In this document: piece by piece, positions 51,264-61,800 of the stretch
How positions within the stretch are numbered: position 1 is the first letter of the stretch
Layout: the number at the start of each line of letters is the position of its first letter
From: Owenia fusiformis
Lineage: Eukaryota
Direction of reading: 5' to 3'
DNA: 64,000 bases
Assembly: GCA_903813345.2 (NCBI GenBank)
Contig: CAIIXF020000001.1
Coordinates: 49,662,001-49,726,000 of the forward strand
The notes under the pieces: model-generated
Databases searched by the model: none
What the model saw: only the letters and a program-made list of their open reading frames with translations
Told to the model about the DNA's origin: nothing
Made by a program: the position numbers and the translations under genes

Positions 51264-51759
51264 TGGCCTAGTCACATAGCCCGGCCGATGAGGTTCCGAT
51301 GAGCCAGCGATGCAATTTTCACCGAACTCGGCCGAACACCGGCCGGACACCGGCCGGACATCCGTGGCGTTTGTTGCTTAAAACCGCATCGGTGGCAGCT
51401 CGGTGAAATTTTAACTTCGGAGTTAAATTTCACCGGGCTCTCACCGAGCTCCCTCATCGCAGCCCCATCGTAACCACATCAGAACACACGTCGGCCGGTG
51501 CACGGCCGAGTATCGGTCGGTGTCCCGTGCATCTGAGACAACCAGAGGACGAGGTTTTTTTAACGGACACCGGCCGAGCTCCGACCGAGCTCCGGCCGAT
51601 GTGGGACAGAGCCTTGGAAAGTATAGTACCTGAAGATGTCCGGACGGAGTCCGTTCACGTCATCGAGTTCTGCTTCCGATGAGGAGAGCTCGGTGGCACC
51701 AAAAAAATCCACCGAGCTCTACCGATGCCGGACATCGGCCGGGCTATGTGACTAGGCCA
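51264..51759. mobile_element. GC-rich PIF/Harbinger (Tourist-like) MITE
   Basis: Perfect 27-bp TIR TGGCCTAGTCACATAGCCCGGCCGATG; TAA TSD; CpG-rich interior, consistent with a young insertion. Confidence 0.9.
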
Positions 51760-52304
51760 TAAGAAAAAACAGGTATATGATACAAGAAGACAATATAAAT
51801 CAACAAAAATGGCATTCAGTTGTAAAATTTAATTTCTTTTTTTTGAGTCAACATTTTATAATCACATTTCTACATATAAACACACATTGATAGGTGATTA
51901 TGAGTATGACTATAAAATAAACCAATAAGTTTGATTCAATGGATTAAGGCATTATTAAAACATATATTTGTAATTATCAGTTTGCTAAGACCTAATATAT
52001 CAGACTAAATGGAAAAGGGTTGACCATGTTTAGTAAGAGATAGAACAATTGCATTGTAGGTAAATAATTTTAAAAAACCCCTTTATATATCATGGTTCAA
52101 ATCCCTCAGAATAAAACCCACATTCAGTCCCTTACATTAAATGACCTGTATTTATTTCTCTGATCTTATCATTTTGTACATTTTTCTGACATATTATTTA
52201 TGCATTTGTCCAAGATATCATCATTTTAAATGTTATCATTTTGTATTTTCTCTGACAATGATTCTCTGCAATAATGTGACATATTATCTCTTTGTACATT
52301 TCAG

Positions 52305-52390
52305 TCGTCAACATGCCAGGAAGTCCCTCATAGGCACTGCTTCGACATCCCCCACCATGATGCGACGGTGCCAGTCTCCACAGATGCTCA
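52305..52390 (+). CDS. MAST: MAST exon (S)RQHARKSLIGTASTSPTMMRRCQSPQML
   Basis: TTTCAG / GTAAGT boundaries; RKSLI..STSPT is a conserved MAST motif. Confidence 0.92.
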
Positions 52391-53758
52391 GTAAGTCTAT
52401 GGGCCATAGTATTGTATCAGGGCTCTGTTTTTTCCCATATCTGTTCAATAGAAATAGTTGGTTGGGTATAGGGACTGAGGGAGGGGAGAGGCTAATACTA
52501 CAGGAATCATTCTCAACTATTGAAATTTAGGGAAGATTGACACTAGATTCTTGAGCCCAATCCCTTCTTTGATATAGAGGAGATTGGGGAGGGGGATACG
52601 AACAGAGTCTTGACTCAAGATGAAAGTATTTAAATGATGAAGCAAAGGAGGAAATGCCATGAAATGACATGATAAGTAGAAGGCTTTGAAAATTACATAA
52701 TTGATAACTGAATATAGAGCCCCTGATGCTCTACAAATTTAAGAGTGAGGCCTCCCTGGGAGCAGGCACAATAGGAGGAAATCATTGTTGTATTATTCCT
52801 ATTCCTGTTATTAGATTATTACCTACTATATTATGTTCCTCATATTATTTAGAGCCTAAAGGGAGATATCATGTTAATTTGTCCCTTTTAGAGATAAAAT
52901 GAAAAAATACCGGAATGAAAACAACATTTGCTGTCTGAAAAACTGTGTGTTGATTATGGAGAAATTGATACTTTGAAATAGACGAGCACCATAGCTATTT
53001 ATCAGTAGAATTCAGAATTCATCATCATTAATTCCTATTGAATATCCAAGGGATTTACTTTCCGCCCTGATTGTATTATAATGACTGGTAATTATTTGTC
53101 TACTATTGTCTGTCCTTCTGGGATTCAATCAGAGAGCCGTGTCAGGAAGTTCCTTCACCTGGCCCAAGGCCAACTGCCCTGGCCGGGTGGGGGGAGGGGG
53201 TTCGATGGGTTTGAGCGAACTCCCCCTGACAAGGAGTCATTATTCAAGATGTAAAACAAGATAGAAAACTGAAAGCTTCCTTTTTTATTATCTGTGCATT
53301 TGCAGAAAAACTACTTGAGGAATGTTTCTTGTTCAGAAAATTCTGAGTATGTTAGGTAAATTTTATTGTCAGCATTTTTGATTTTTAGATTTTTATCACC
53401 ATGTGCCTAGTTTTTATTGATAAACCCCATGTTTGTTAATACATTTGCAACTTTGTTTATCAAATGACTATTGATCTGAAATGAAAAATAGAATTAATAG
53501 TTTGCAAGTTGCCTTCAAATATTGCTACTTAACTAACATCTGAATTGATTTTCTCGGCTTTTTTTGCCTTAAAAGGTTGTGTTGTGAATTGAAAGAAGTA
53601 CTTCATTAGCAAGTTGCAATTAAGTGCCGTTCCTGATAATATGAATGTATCATAATGGTGGAAAATCCTATTTCTGTTTAGTAGCTAGGTGCCCTAGACC
53701 TTGTGCATAACAAACTAAGTCCTTGTGAAGGTGTTTTTGGGTAAAATGGGTAATTATG

Positions 53759-53902
53759 CAGGGTTTTCATTAGCAACAACCCACATGCAATTTCCAGCTG
53801 TTTTTACCAATTTCCTGTTGTTTTGAAGAATTTTGTTTCAATAATTATTGTGATTGTCTATGTTCATTTTGCCTGTTGTCAAATATCCAAACAAAACCCC
53901 TG
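53759..53902. mobile_element. Degenerate inverted copy of MITE family A
   Basis: CAGGGTTTT...AAAACCCCTG termini; interior resembles the reverse complement of 416-567. Confidence 0.5.
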
Positions 53903-54120
53903 CCCTCCATTTTTTTGTTCCAATAAACATTTCCCATTTGCATAATTACATTGCAGATATTTACGTTATACCAGTTAAATGAACTTCTTCAAAGTTGCTT
54001 TTTTATTTAGTCATATGTTTAATTCATATTTTCAGTATTTCGCTTATACACTTATGTATTGGTGCTTGTTATGTTGTGTTAATATGTAGAAACTTCAAAT
54101 TTGTTTGTTTTGTATTTCAG

Positions 54121-54208
54121 ATAGTCCAGTGGATAGTCCACGTAACATATCTCCTAATCAACAAGGACACTTTGCATTCTCTTCAGTTGCCACACAGGCC
54201 ATTAGAAG
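54121..54208 (+). CDS. MAST: MAST exon (N)SPVDSPRNISPNQQGHFAFSSVATQAIR(R)
   Basis: TTTCAG / GTAATT boundaries; SP.DSPRN.SP...HF.F motif; phases 1 to 2 are consistent. Confidence 0.92.
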
Positions 54209-55502
54209 GTAATTTATGATTTTTATGATATATTTATTTACTCATCACAATTTTATAAAACACCAATAATTGATATATTTTGATTTTGAACTATCTATTT
54301 TACCGTAACATATAAATATCTTCTATCATATCTATTATGAATTTAGCTGAGGAGACAGTATGAATTAATTTTCAAACCTAGGCTTGCAAATGAAATAGAG
54401 CACTCCAACTTTAGAAATGTGACAGCTCATAAATATATCCAGACAAATGTTATTATATCCGAAGAAAGTTATTTTTATATTTGATAATTAGACTTGAGTA
54501 GAACGAATAGAGTATTTTGACTTTGTTAATTAACACCTGGACTGATGGATGTGAGTCCCATGTTTAATTTGTCTGGACTCTCAAATTTGATTGGTTAGAA
54601 TTAAATTAGTGAGGCATCCTGGGAAAAAGCTCCTTTCCGTGTAAAGTCCAACCACTGTGCGATGTGACCCTACTAGAACTTCTTACATAACGACCACTGT
54701 GAATTCATATCACACGTCCAACTTATGTTATTTCCGAGAGATTTTTTGGAATTTCAGTCCTAAGAATATCATTTTCATGATGTGTAATCCATAAATTAAG
54801 TTTTAAATAAAATGATATTAATATCTAACATTTAAATGAAATGAGGTTAATAATGAGAATCTGAGACAAATTGCGCTATAAATTCACCTTTTAGACATTG
54901 TACACTTCAGTCTAGATGTCACAGTGACATTGCCTTAAAGAATTGCATTATAGAAGTTCTCATTATTACCTTTTAGTTGATTAGGAAAAATGTAAAGGTT
55001 TTCCCTGGAGGCAAGTTTGTCACAGGAGACAATTTTCTAGACAGCTATAATCTCCTAATGAAAATGTCAACTGACAGGTCAAATTTTTAATTGATACATA
55101 TAGGCTTGCCCACTTTCAAGTGTGATTTTTCGTAAATCCTCATTTTTTGACTTGAAAATCCAATGATATTAAGAAATAGTAAGGGAATCTGAGATTATCT
55201 AAGGAATGTAAAAATGGCCTAGAACTGAAAACGCAGAGGCTGACAAAATTGCAAGTAATGAAATGAGAATGTAAGAATATACACATCTAATGATATTCTT
55301 TGCATCCCCCCAACTACGCTTTAAGTTTTCATACCTGTTTTCTTACCAAGTAGTGGGAGTGGGGGAGAGGGGGGGGTCACAGAGGCTTGTAGCTAGACTC
55401 ATCTAATAAGTATAGAAATAGGAAGTTGTTTGTTCTCTATAGCAACCGCATATCTTTGCCTCTTTTGTAATTTGCCTCATTTGTACTTGCATCCTTTTGT
55501 AG

Positions 55503-55751
55503 ATCTGATGGACGTCGCTGGTCATTTGCCTCGATGCCTTCATCAGGATATGGCACCAATACGCCCGGGAGCTCCAATGTATCTTCGCAGTGCTCCTCAC
55601 AGGAAAAACTCAATCAACTTCCATCTCAGCCAACGGCGGATGAGCTCAGACTCCTCACGAAGCACTTCAGTAGCAATGAAAGTAATCCCGGATTAGACGA
55701 CCCTGATGGTCGGATTTCACCTTTAATGAGGCCACGGTCGCGTAGTTTGAG
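55503..55751 (+). CDS. MAST: MAST exon, DUF1908 region ([24 protein letters not shown]...MRPRSRSL)
   Basis: Hallmark [35 protein letters not shown] and MRPRSRSL motifs; TAG / GTTAGT boundaries. Confidence 0.97.
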
Positions 55752-56588
55752 GTTAGTTGGTTCTGAGCTTTTTGCTGTATGTAATTTATATGATCTGTGA
55801 AAGGGAGTCAATGTTTTTTATTTCTCTCGTAAATTTTTAGATAGCACCCTTCCATTGAATGATTGTGGTAACCTCTAATGTTTGACCTTAAGGGGAGATG
55901 TTATACTTCCAATGACTGTACACAGACAATCTTCTGTTGTAAACTTGGTTTATTTTCAATGTTAAAATAAAGATTAAAACTTCTCTTTTCTCCATTCTTA
56001 CCATTGTACATCAATCCATGTTGTATAGCTTTATGTTACAATGCAATATATTATATATAAAGTACTTTGTCTATTGCATTCTTATTATGCAGCCTGTCTT
56101 GGCTAATGCTGGAGTAAGAGCATGTATAGTTTTAAAAAAGTATTTGCAATTCTCATAGAAATGTTATGTACACAGAATTCATTCAGGCGTAGAGCTGAAA
56201 AAAGATTGAGATGGATCAATGAAAGCTAAATATTTTTGTTAAATCCCTGGAAAAATTACTTCAAAAGTGGAAAAATTCAGGGTAGTGGTCAAATAATGAT
56301 CCAGAAATTGGATAGAAATGGTTGATTTTGAACATGATTTTGACATTTGGAAAAATTATATTATAACAGAAAGATTTCATTTCATTAAAAACTCCAAAGC
56401 TTGAATAGGGTCTGATCTTTCCAGTCTTGGTTTTCAAGATCAGTTTCAGCTCGTCTGGAGCACTTCTTGCAAGGTCATGCAAGATAGTGAATATATACAC
56501 ATGAAGTTCATTGTTTAATCATTTAGATTTAAAAAGGTAAATCAGCGATATGAGCACTTCGTCCTGTTTATCTTAGCTGTTGTAATCG

Positions 56589-56740
56589 TTTTTATGTCAC
56601 CCCCTGAAGTTGTGACATATTGTTACAGTCTCCAACTTTTTTGTGGACGGTGTTCAGCAGTAGGCATTCAATGGTTGGTATTATGTGGTCGATGTTCGGC
56701 ATCTGTAACAAATAGAAGGTGGTGACATTTTGACCTTGTC
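56589..56740 (+). mobile_element. Short HINE-like element, copy 3
   Basis: TTTTATGTCACCCCC...TGTGACATATTG...GGTGGTGACATTTTG; similar to 1931-2082. Confidence 0.6.
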
Positions 56741-57137
56741 TGCATGTTTCTATCTTTTATTTGAATCTTATGCTTATATTGTTCATGTATTACAGCACTT
56801 TGAGTGTAACTGTGCATGTGTATGCAACCATTTCCTTATAAGAACAACATACATTACATATCCTGTGTGGTTTTGACATATTTTGTATGGTTCTGAGTTA
56901 CTGCTATTCGTTCCATTTCATGCCCAGATGTGTATTTTGTTTGTACTTTGATTGTTTCCTATTCCTCATAAATATTACCATTGATGTTATTGATTGCTTC
57001 TCTAAGATTTTTGAAAGTTTTGAAACATACTGAAAATATGTCTTTCAGTTTAAATGCTGATTTGTGTAACTTCTCCACCCTAACCCTAAAAACAACTTAC
57101 ATACATTAGCTGTGTACAGTAAAACCAGTATATCCAA

Positions 57138-57331
57138 CAGGCCCGTATCCAGGGGGAGGGGTTGGGGGGCTCAGGCGAAATCCCCCCTGGTCAAAATTTC
57201 TTTCAAAATCATGCAGTTTTTCACCATTCTGACTATTTTTGAGTGATTTTTGGCCAAATTTACCAAAGTGAACCCCCCGTAGAATTTTTTGGAAAAGTGA
57301 ACCCCCTTGGAAAATTCTGGCTACGGGCCTG
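57138..57331 (-). mobile_element. MITE family B, inverted, TSD TCCAA
   Basis: CAGGCCCGTATCCAG ... CTGGCTACGGGCCTG flanked by TCCAA. Confidence 0.85.
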
Positions 57332-57473
57332 TCCAAACACCTCTTTCTCAACTAGTTTCAATAAGTTGGATGCAGTGCCCAATTGTTTCAATGCTAAGAT
57401 CACTTACATATAATACATGTAATACCTTATATCAACATCTTATGTACATGTATATTTACTTGTGTGTTTGCAG

Positions 57474-57549
57474 TAGTCCAGGTAAATCACCAGGAATGGA
57501 GAATGATGTACATGTTATGAATGCCCTATATAAGGAAAGATTTCCAAAG
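57474..57549 (+). CDS. MAST: MAST exon (S)SPGKSPGMENDVHVMNALYKERFPK; alternative start at 57477 (NAGNAG)
   Basis: CAGTAG tandem acceptor; YKERFPK motif; AAG|GTAAGT donor. Confidence 0.95.
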
Positions 57550-58645
57550 GTAAGTTAGAGCAAATATTTGTACCCCTTTATTAAATTCATACCATTCCAT
57601 TTATTCTGGGTATGTACTTAAGAATAATCTGAAAACGATCTCATATCCACAATTTGAGGAACAATCAGAAATGGTTAAAAAATCAAAATTGAGTTTCACA
57701 GGTATGGTATCTTATCTGGGAAATAAATCTCTATGAGTTAATGTATTTTCTCAGATGTACAAATTTGTTTACAAAGGCAAAAGAAATTAAACCATTGAAA
57801 AATACTGTCGTTTCTCTGAACACAATTCAGTGCAATCATGTTCACTGGTGGTTACAATTAGAATTTGATATTGGATGTTGAAAGCAAAACATACATGTAA
57901 TATCATGTTTGTCTGTGATCACGTCTCCACTTACTAATGGAATTATTATAAAGCTTGTGAATCTGGTTTAAATTTACAAGTCCTCACTGTGGCACAATTA
58001 ATTCTTGATAAGTAGAGAAAATATTATATATGAAATGTGATTCTTTCAAAACAACTCTTGATTACTTTGTGATATGTTAATATATGATACCTTCATTCTT
58101 TAAATATGTAATGACATTCTGTAATATCAGGTTCTGTACTGTATATTAGGCTTGTACATCTTCGTACACGCGACTAAAATTGCTTGAAATACCATACAGA
58201 ACCACCCCACAAAGTTTCACGATTTGTTCCATCAAAAATTATAAGAAACATGAATTCCATGTACTGTATGTTTTATTTAAATGGAGTGTTATCTAGGCAG
58301 TATGCTGTATAACTGTGAGACCTACATGTAGTAGTTTGTGAAACAATATCTATAGAGCCTTGTCAGTTCTGATTGGTAACTCGGGAGAGTGCCAAAACTT
58401 TAAAGGTTAAATATTCCATCATTACATAAATGTCCTAATGAAGCATTTTTGGGTATTTAATTGGAGTTTTTGTTGTTGGCAACTCAGAATTGGAATATTT
58501 TCACACATCGTTTGACTACAGGCTTTCATAGAGAACAGTAGTTCCCCACCCATCCCCCCCGCCATCCCCCCAACGCACCAACATAGACCAGAGGCTTAAT
58601 AGTTTAAATCCATTCTAAATTCATAATTTTTCTTCTCTTCACCAG

Positions 58646-58855
58646 GCTACACAGCAGATGGAAGATCGGCTACAGGCATTCATAGAAAACAACAGTTCCC
58701 TTGACCAACTGGAGGAATGTGATGGTATTGCACGATTCATCCACCATCAAGTGCTAGAACTAGCCAGAGACTGTCTTGATAAATCAAAAGAGAAAATGCT
58801 GTCTAGCGGATACTTTTATGAATTCTCAGAAAGTTTAGAAAAATTATTATCAGAT
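58646..58855 (+). CDS. MAST: MAST exon ATQQMEDRLQAFI...FIHHQVLELARDCLDKS...LEKLLSD
   Basis: Conserved DUF1908 helical region; CAG / GTAAGT; 210 nt, phase 0-0. Confidence 0.97.
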
Positions 58856-58884
58856 GTAAGTATGTTGTACTAAGGCTCCCATCA

Positions 58885-59005
58885 TCAATACAATACAATA
58901 CGATACGATACAATACAATACAATACAAACAGTACAATACGATACAGTACAGTGCAGTGCAGTTCAGTACAGGTACAGTACTGCACGATATGATACGATA
59001 CAATA
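58885..59005. repeat. (CAATA/CGATA/CAGTA)n pentanucleotide microsatellite
   Basis: Directly visible. Confidence 0.9.
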
Positions 59006-59649
59006 CATGCTGTATTTTGTGTTTTCCTACAGGGTGAAACCAAAACCAAAAAGTAATAATAAAAAGACATTGCTTTTATATGCATTTATGTTTCCAATTC
59101 AACATCAGACAGAAGACAATGCAGTGACAATCCTTGAATTCTCCTTGACCTTTAACTACCTTGAGACATGCCATTAGAGCCATGTGAAAATAAGTTCCAA
59201 TTATTAAAGGGCAAGAATGCGATTAATTTAACAGGAAATTGTATCTTTCGTGCCATATCACTAAGAAATGAATATTTCATGGGCACCTTCAGGATTGATT
59301 AGTTGAATGGCTTTCACTCTGAATGTTTTCTTAGGATAGATCTTAATGTTTTATTCATTCAATTTATCTAAATGTAAGATCAATACAGCTTAGTACGCTC
59401 ATGAGTTGCATTTCAAATTTTTTTTGTTTTACCATCCATTTCACTTTTTAAAATGTAGATATTACAATTCTGTTGAGGTAAGCTTGCACTGTGTTTGGAG
59501 CAGTAAGAGTGCACTAAAAATGAGCATTAGGTAATACAATGTCAGTCAATGAAATACATTATAGTCTTAAAATCGCTTTATATTATTAACTCAGCAACGA
59601 GAGGAATTATATGTGATCTTTATATTGATTTTTTACTGCAATGAGTATT

Positions 59650-60130
59650 TACCCTGTATTACTTCATTGTGAAAATCCTTTAATGTTAACTTTTGGAAAT
59701 CGTTTACTGTTTGTTTTTGGACAATCTTGTACTTTTTACTTGTGGAAATCCTTTACTCTTTACTTGTGGAAATCATTTACTGTTTACTTTTGGACAATCT
59801 TGTACTGTTTACTTGTGGAAATCCTGTACTCTTTACTTGTGGAAATCTGTAATGTTTACTTGTGGAAATCATTTACTGTTTACTTTTGGACAATCTTGTA
59901 CTGTTTACTTGTGGAAATCCTGTACTCTTTACTTGTGGAAATCTGTAATGTTTACTTGTGGAAATCATTTACTTAAAGTATCGACATTGTTGGACTTATG
60001 AATGATCCTGTACAATTTACTTTCTTTTGGGCTGTCCTGTACTGTTTACTTGTGAACATAATTCTGTACTGTTTACTTGTTGATAATTCCAAACTATTTA
60101 CTTGTGCATAATCTCTTACTGTTTGTTTTT
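59650..60130. repeat. ~24-bp minisatellite with a 96-bp higher-order duplication, running into the acceptor at 60133
   Basis: TACTGTTTACTTGTGGAAATC units; TGGACAATCT at 59791 and 59887. Confidence 0.9.
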
Positions 60131-60133
60131 CAG

Positions 60134-60232
60134 GCTCAAGACAGATCTCCATTGACAGTGCCCCATATAGAACAACTAATTAAGAAATTACTGATCATTG
60201 TTTCACGGCCTGCACGACTTTTGGAATGTCTG
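60134..60232 (+). CDS. MAST: MAST exon AQDRSPLTVPHIEQLIKKLLIIVSRPARLLECL
   Basis: RPARLLECL motif; TTTTTCAG / GTAAGT. Confidence 0.97.
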
Positions 60233-60450
60233 GTAAGTTTCTTACATGAGTTGGTCCCATTGCCTTTTACTCGTATTATATTAGTAAATTACTCAAGTTA
60301 ATGCCACTCCTTACTTGACAAATTCATCTGAAATACAAGTATAAGAAGCTTTTTCATTTTATCCCAGATGATTCCATGTTCTGAAACGTAATTTCAGATA
60401 TTATTGATCAATAGATGGTTAATTCTCCAACATCTTTTTTGTTTGAACAG

Positions 60451-60577
60451 GAGTTTGACCCTGAGGAATTCTACCATTTACTTGAGGCAGCTGAAGGTCA
60501 TGCTAAAAGCATCATTAAAGCTGATATCCCACAGTACATTATCAGTAAACTGGGCCTAAATAGAGACCCCTTGGAAG
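60451..60577 (+). CDS. MAST: MAST exon [42 protein letters not shown]
   Basis: Highly conserved MAST sequence; CAG / GTATGT. Confidence 0.97.
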
Positions 60578-60848
60578 GTATGTCATCACATTTTAATCTC
60601 TGATTATCATCCTCTGTTGGAATATGGATCGGGAGAATGTCAGTAACCAATCAAATTATGGGCATTGCATTGTGTTCAGTATTTTGCAGTGATTAAAGTA
60701 TGTGCTTTTAATTTCATTTGTGAACAAATTTGTACATTTCTTAAGCTGAACCAAAATATTAAATACTCAGCAACATTGCCTTATATGAAGTATATTAGTA
60801 TAGGTACCCACCACATTTAAATCAAAGATATTTTTGTTATTATTGTAG

Positions 60849-60892
60849 AGATCCAGGGTGATGCAGATGAGGATGATCTTGAATCAGATGAT
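60849..60892 (+). CDS. MAST: Short acidic MAST linker exon (E)IQGDADEDDLESDD
   Basis: TAG / GTAAGT; 44 nt, bridging phase 1 to phase 0 as required. Confidence 0.85.
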
Positions 60893-61237
60893 GTAAGTAT
60901 TCAAGAAAGCTCTCTTGTTAACAACATCTTTATTCTTGGTATATATTGAGTACATATTTTGTATTGATAATTTTTGAAAAACATTTTTATTGCGTTTTGT
61001 CTCATTAAATGTTTTTCCTCATAACTTGATTGTCAGCTTGTGTTGCAATATGCGGATACATGATATCGTTATCCCATGATTACATAATGATGTTATCTCA
61101 TGATTACATACTCATCTTGGGTCAGGTAAAATTCCGTGTTATCTCATGAACACAGAATCAGATAAGATTCATTCATTGTTTATCTGTATATGCAGTCAAG
61201 TCTCACGTTCGACACTAACTGACACGTGTCATTTCAG

Positions 61238-61332
61238 AGTCAGTCGAGCCAGATAATGATCAAACCTAAAGTGAAGACTCCATCGGAGGAGGACTTTGAG
61301 AAAATAAAACTTGTCAGTAATGGAGCATATGG
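61238..61332 (+). CDS. MAST: MAST exon SQSSQIMIKPKVKTPSEEDFEKIKLVSNGAYG (start of kinase domain, Gly-rich loop)
   Basis: CTAAC branch-like site and TTTCAG acceptor; MAST-type SNGAYG loop; GG|GTAAGT donor. In-frame CAGs at 61243 and 61252 are possible alternative acceptors. Confidence 0.93.
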
Positions 61333-61800
61333 GTAAGTCTGATCGTCTTAACAAGAGTCCTACAGATCGGGAAGTAACAGGGAAATGTGAAATGATATAA
61401 GATGTCGGAGAAATATTTGGTTTCGATTCAGAGCTAAAAAGTAAACAATTGATAAAAACGAGGCTGTTTAAGGTCTTTAAGTTAATATTATTGCCTGGAA
61501 ATGTCATGTTATTTCATGAGGTTGTAAGAACCCTGTTCAATGATCCAATAATCCAGTCTACAGGCTTACTGTCATAGAAGTCCAATAGACATGATGATAC
61601 ATTGTTTAGATTAATCTGAACAAATCCATATCTTTAAGGAACATAGCTGGTTCCACCCATTGGAATGTTTGGAATTATTTAAATATGAATAGAAACAATT
61701 GTCTTTTCATTTCTATCATATTTAAATGTTCAAACTTCTCTGTCATATCACAATATATCTGATAATGCTAGTTTTCTATTATAACTTGTTCTTCTAAAAT

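Noticed and set aside
51264..51759. CpG island or promoter
   Set aside because: The GC-rich block is bounded exactly by TIRs and a TAA TSD, so it is a MITE.
57078..57089. Telomeric CCCTAA repeat
   Set aside because: Only two units; expected by chance.
59641..60001. Two overlapping ORFs of over 100 aa
   Set aside because: Both are translations of the 24/96-bp minisatellite.
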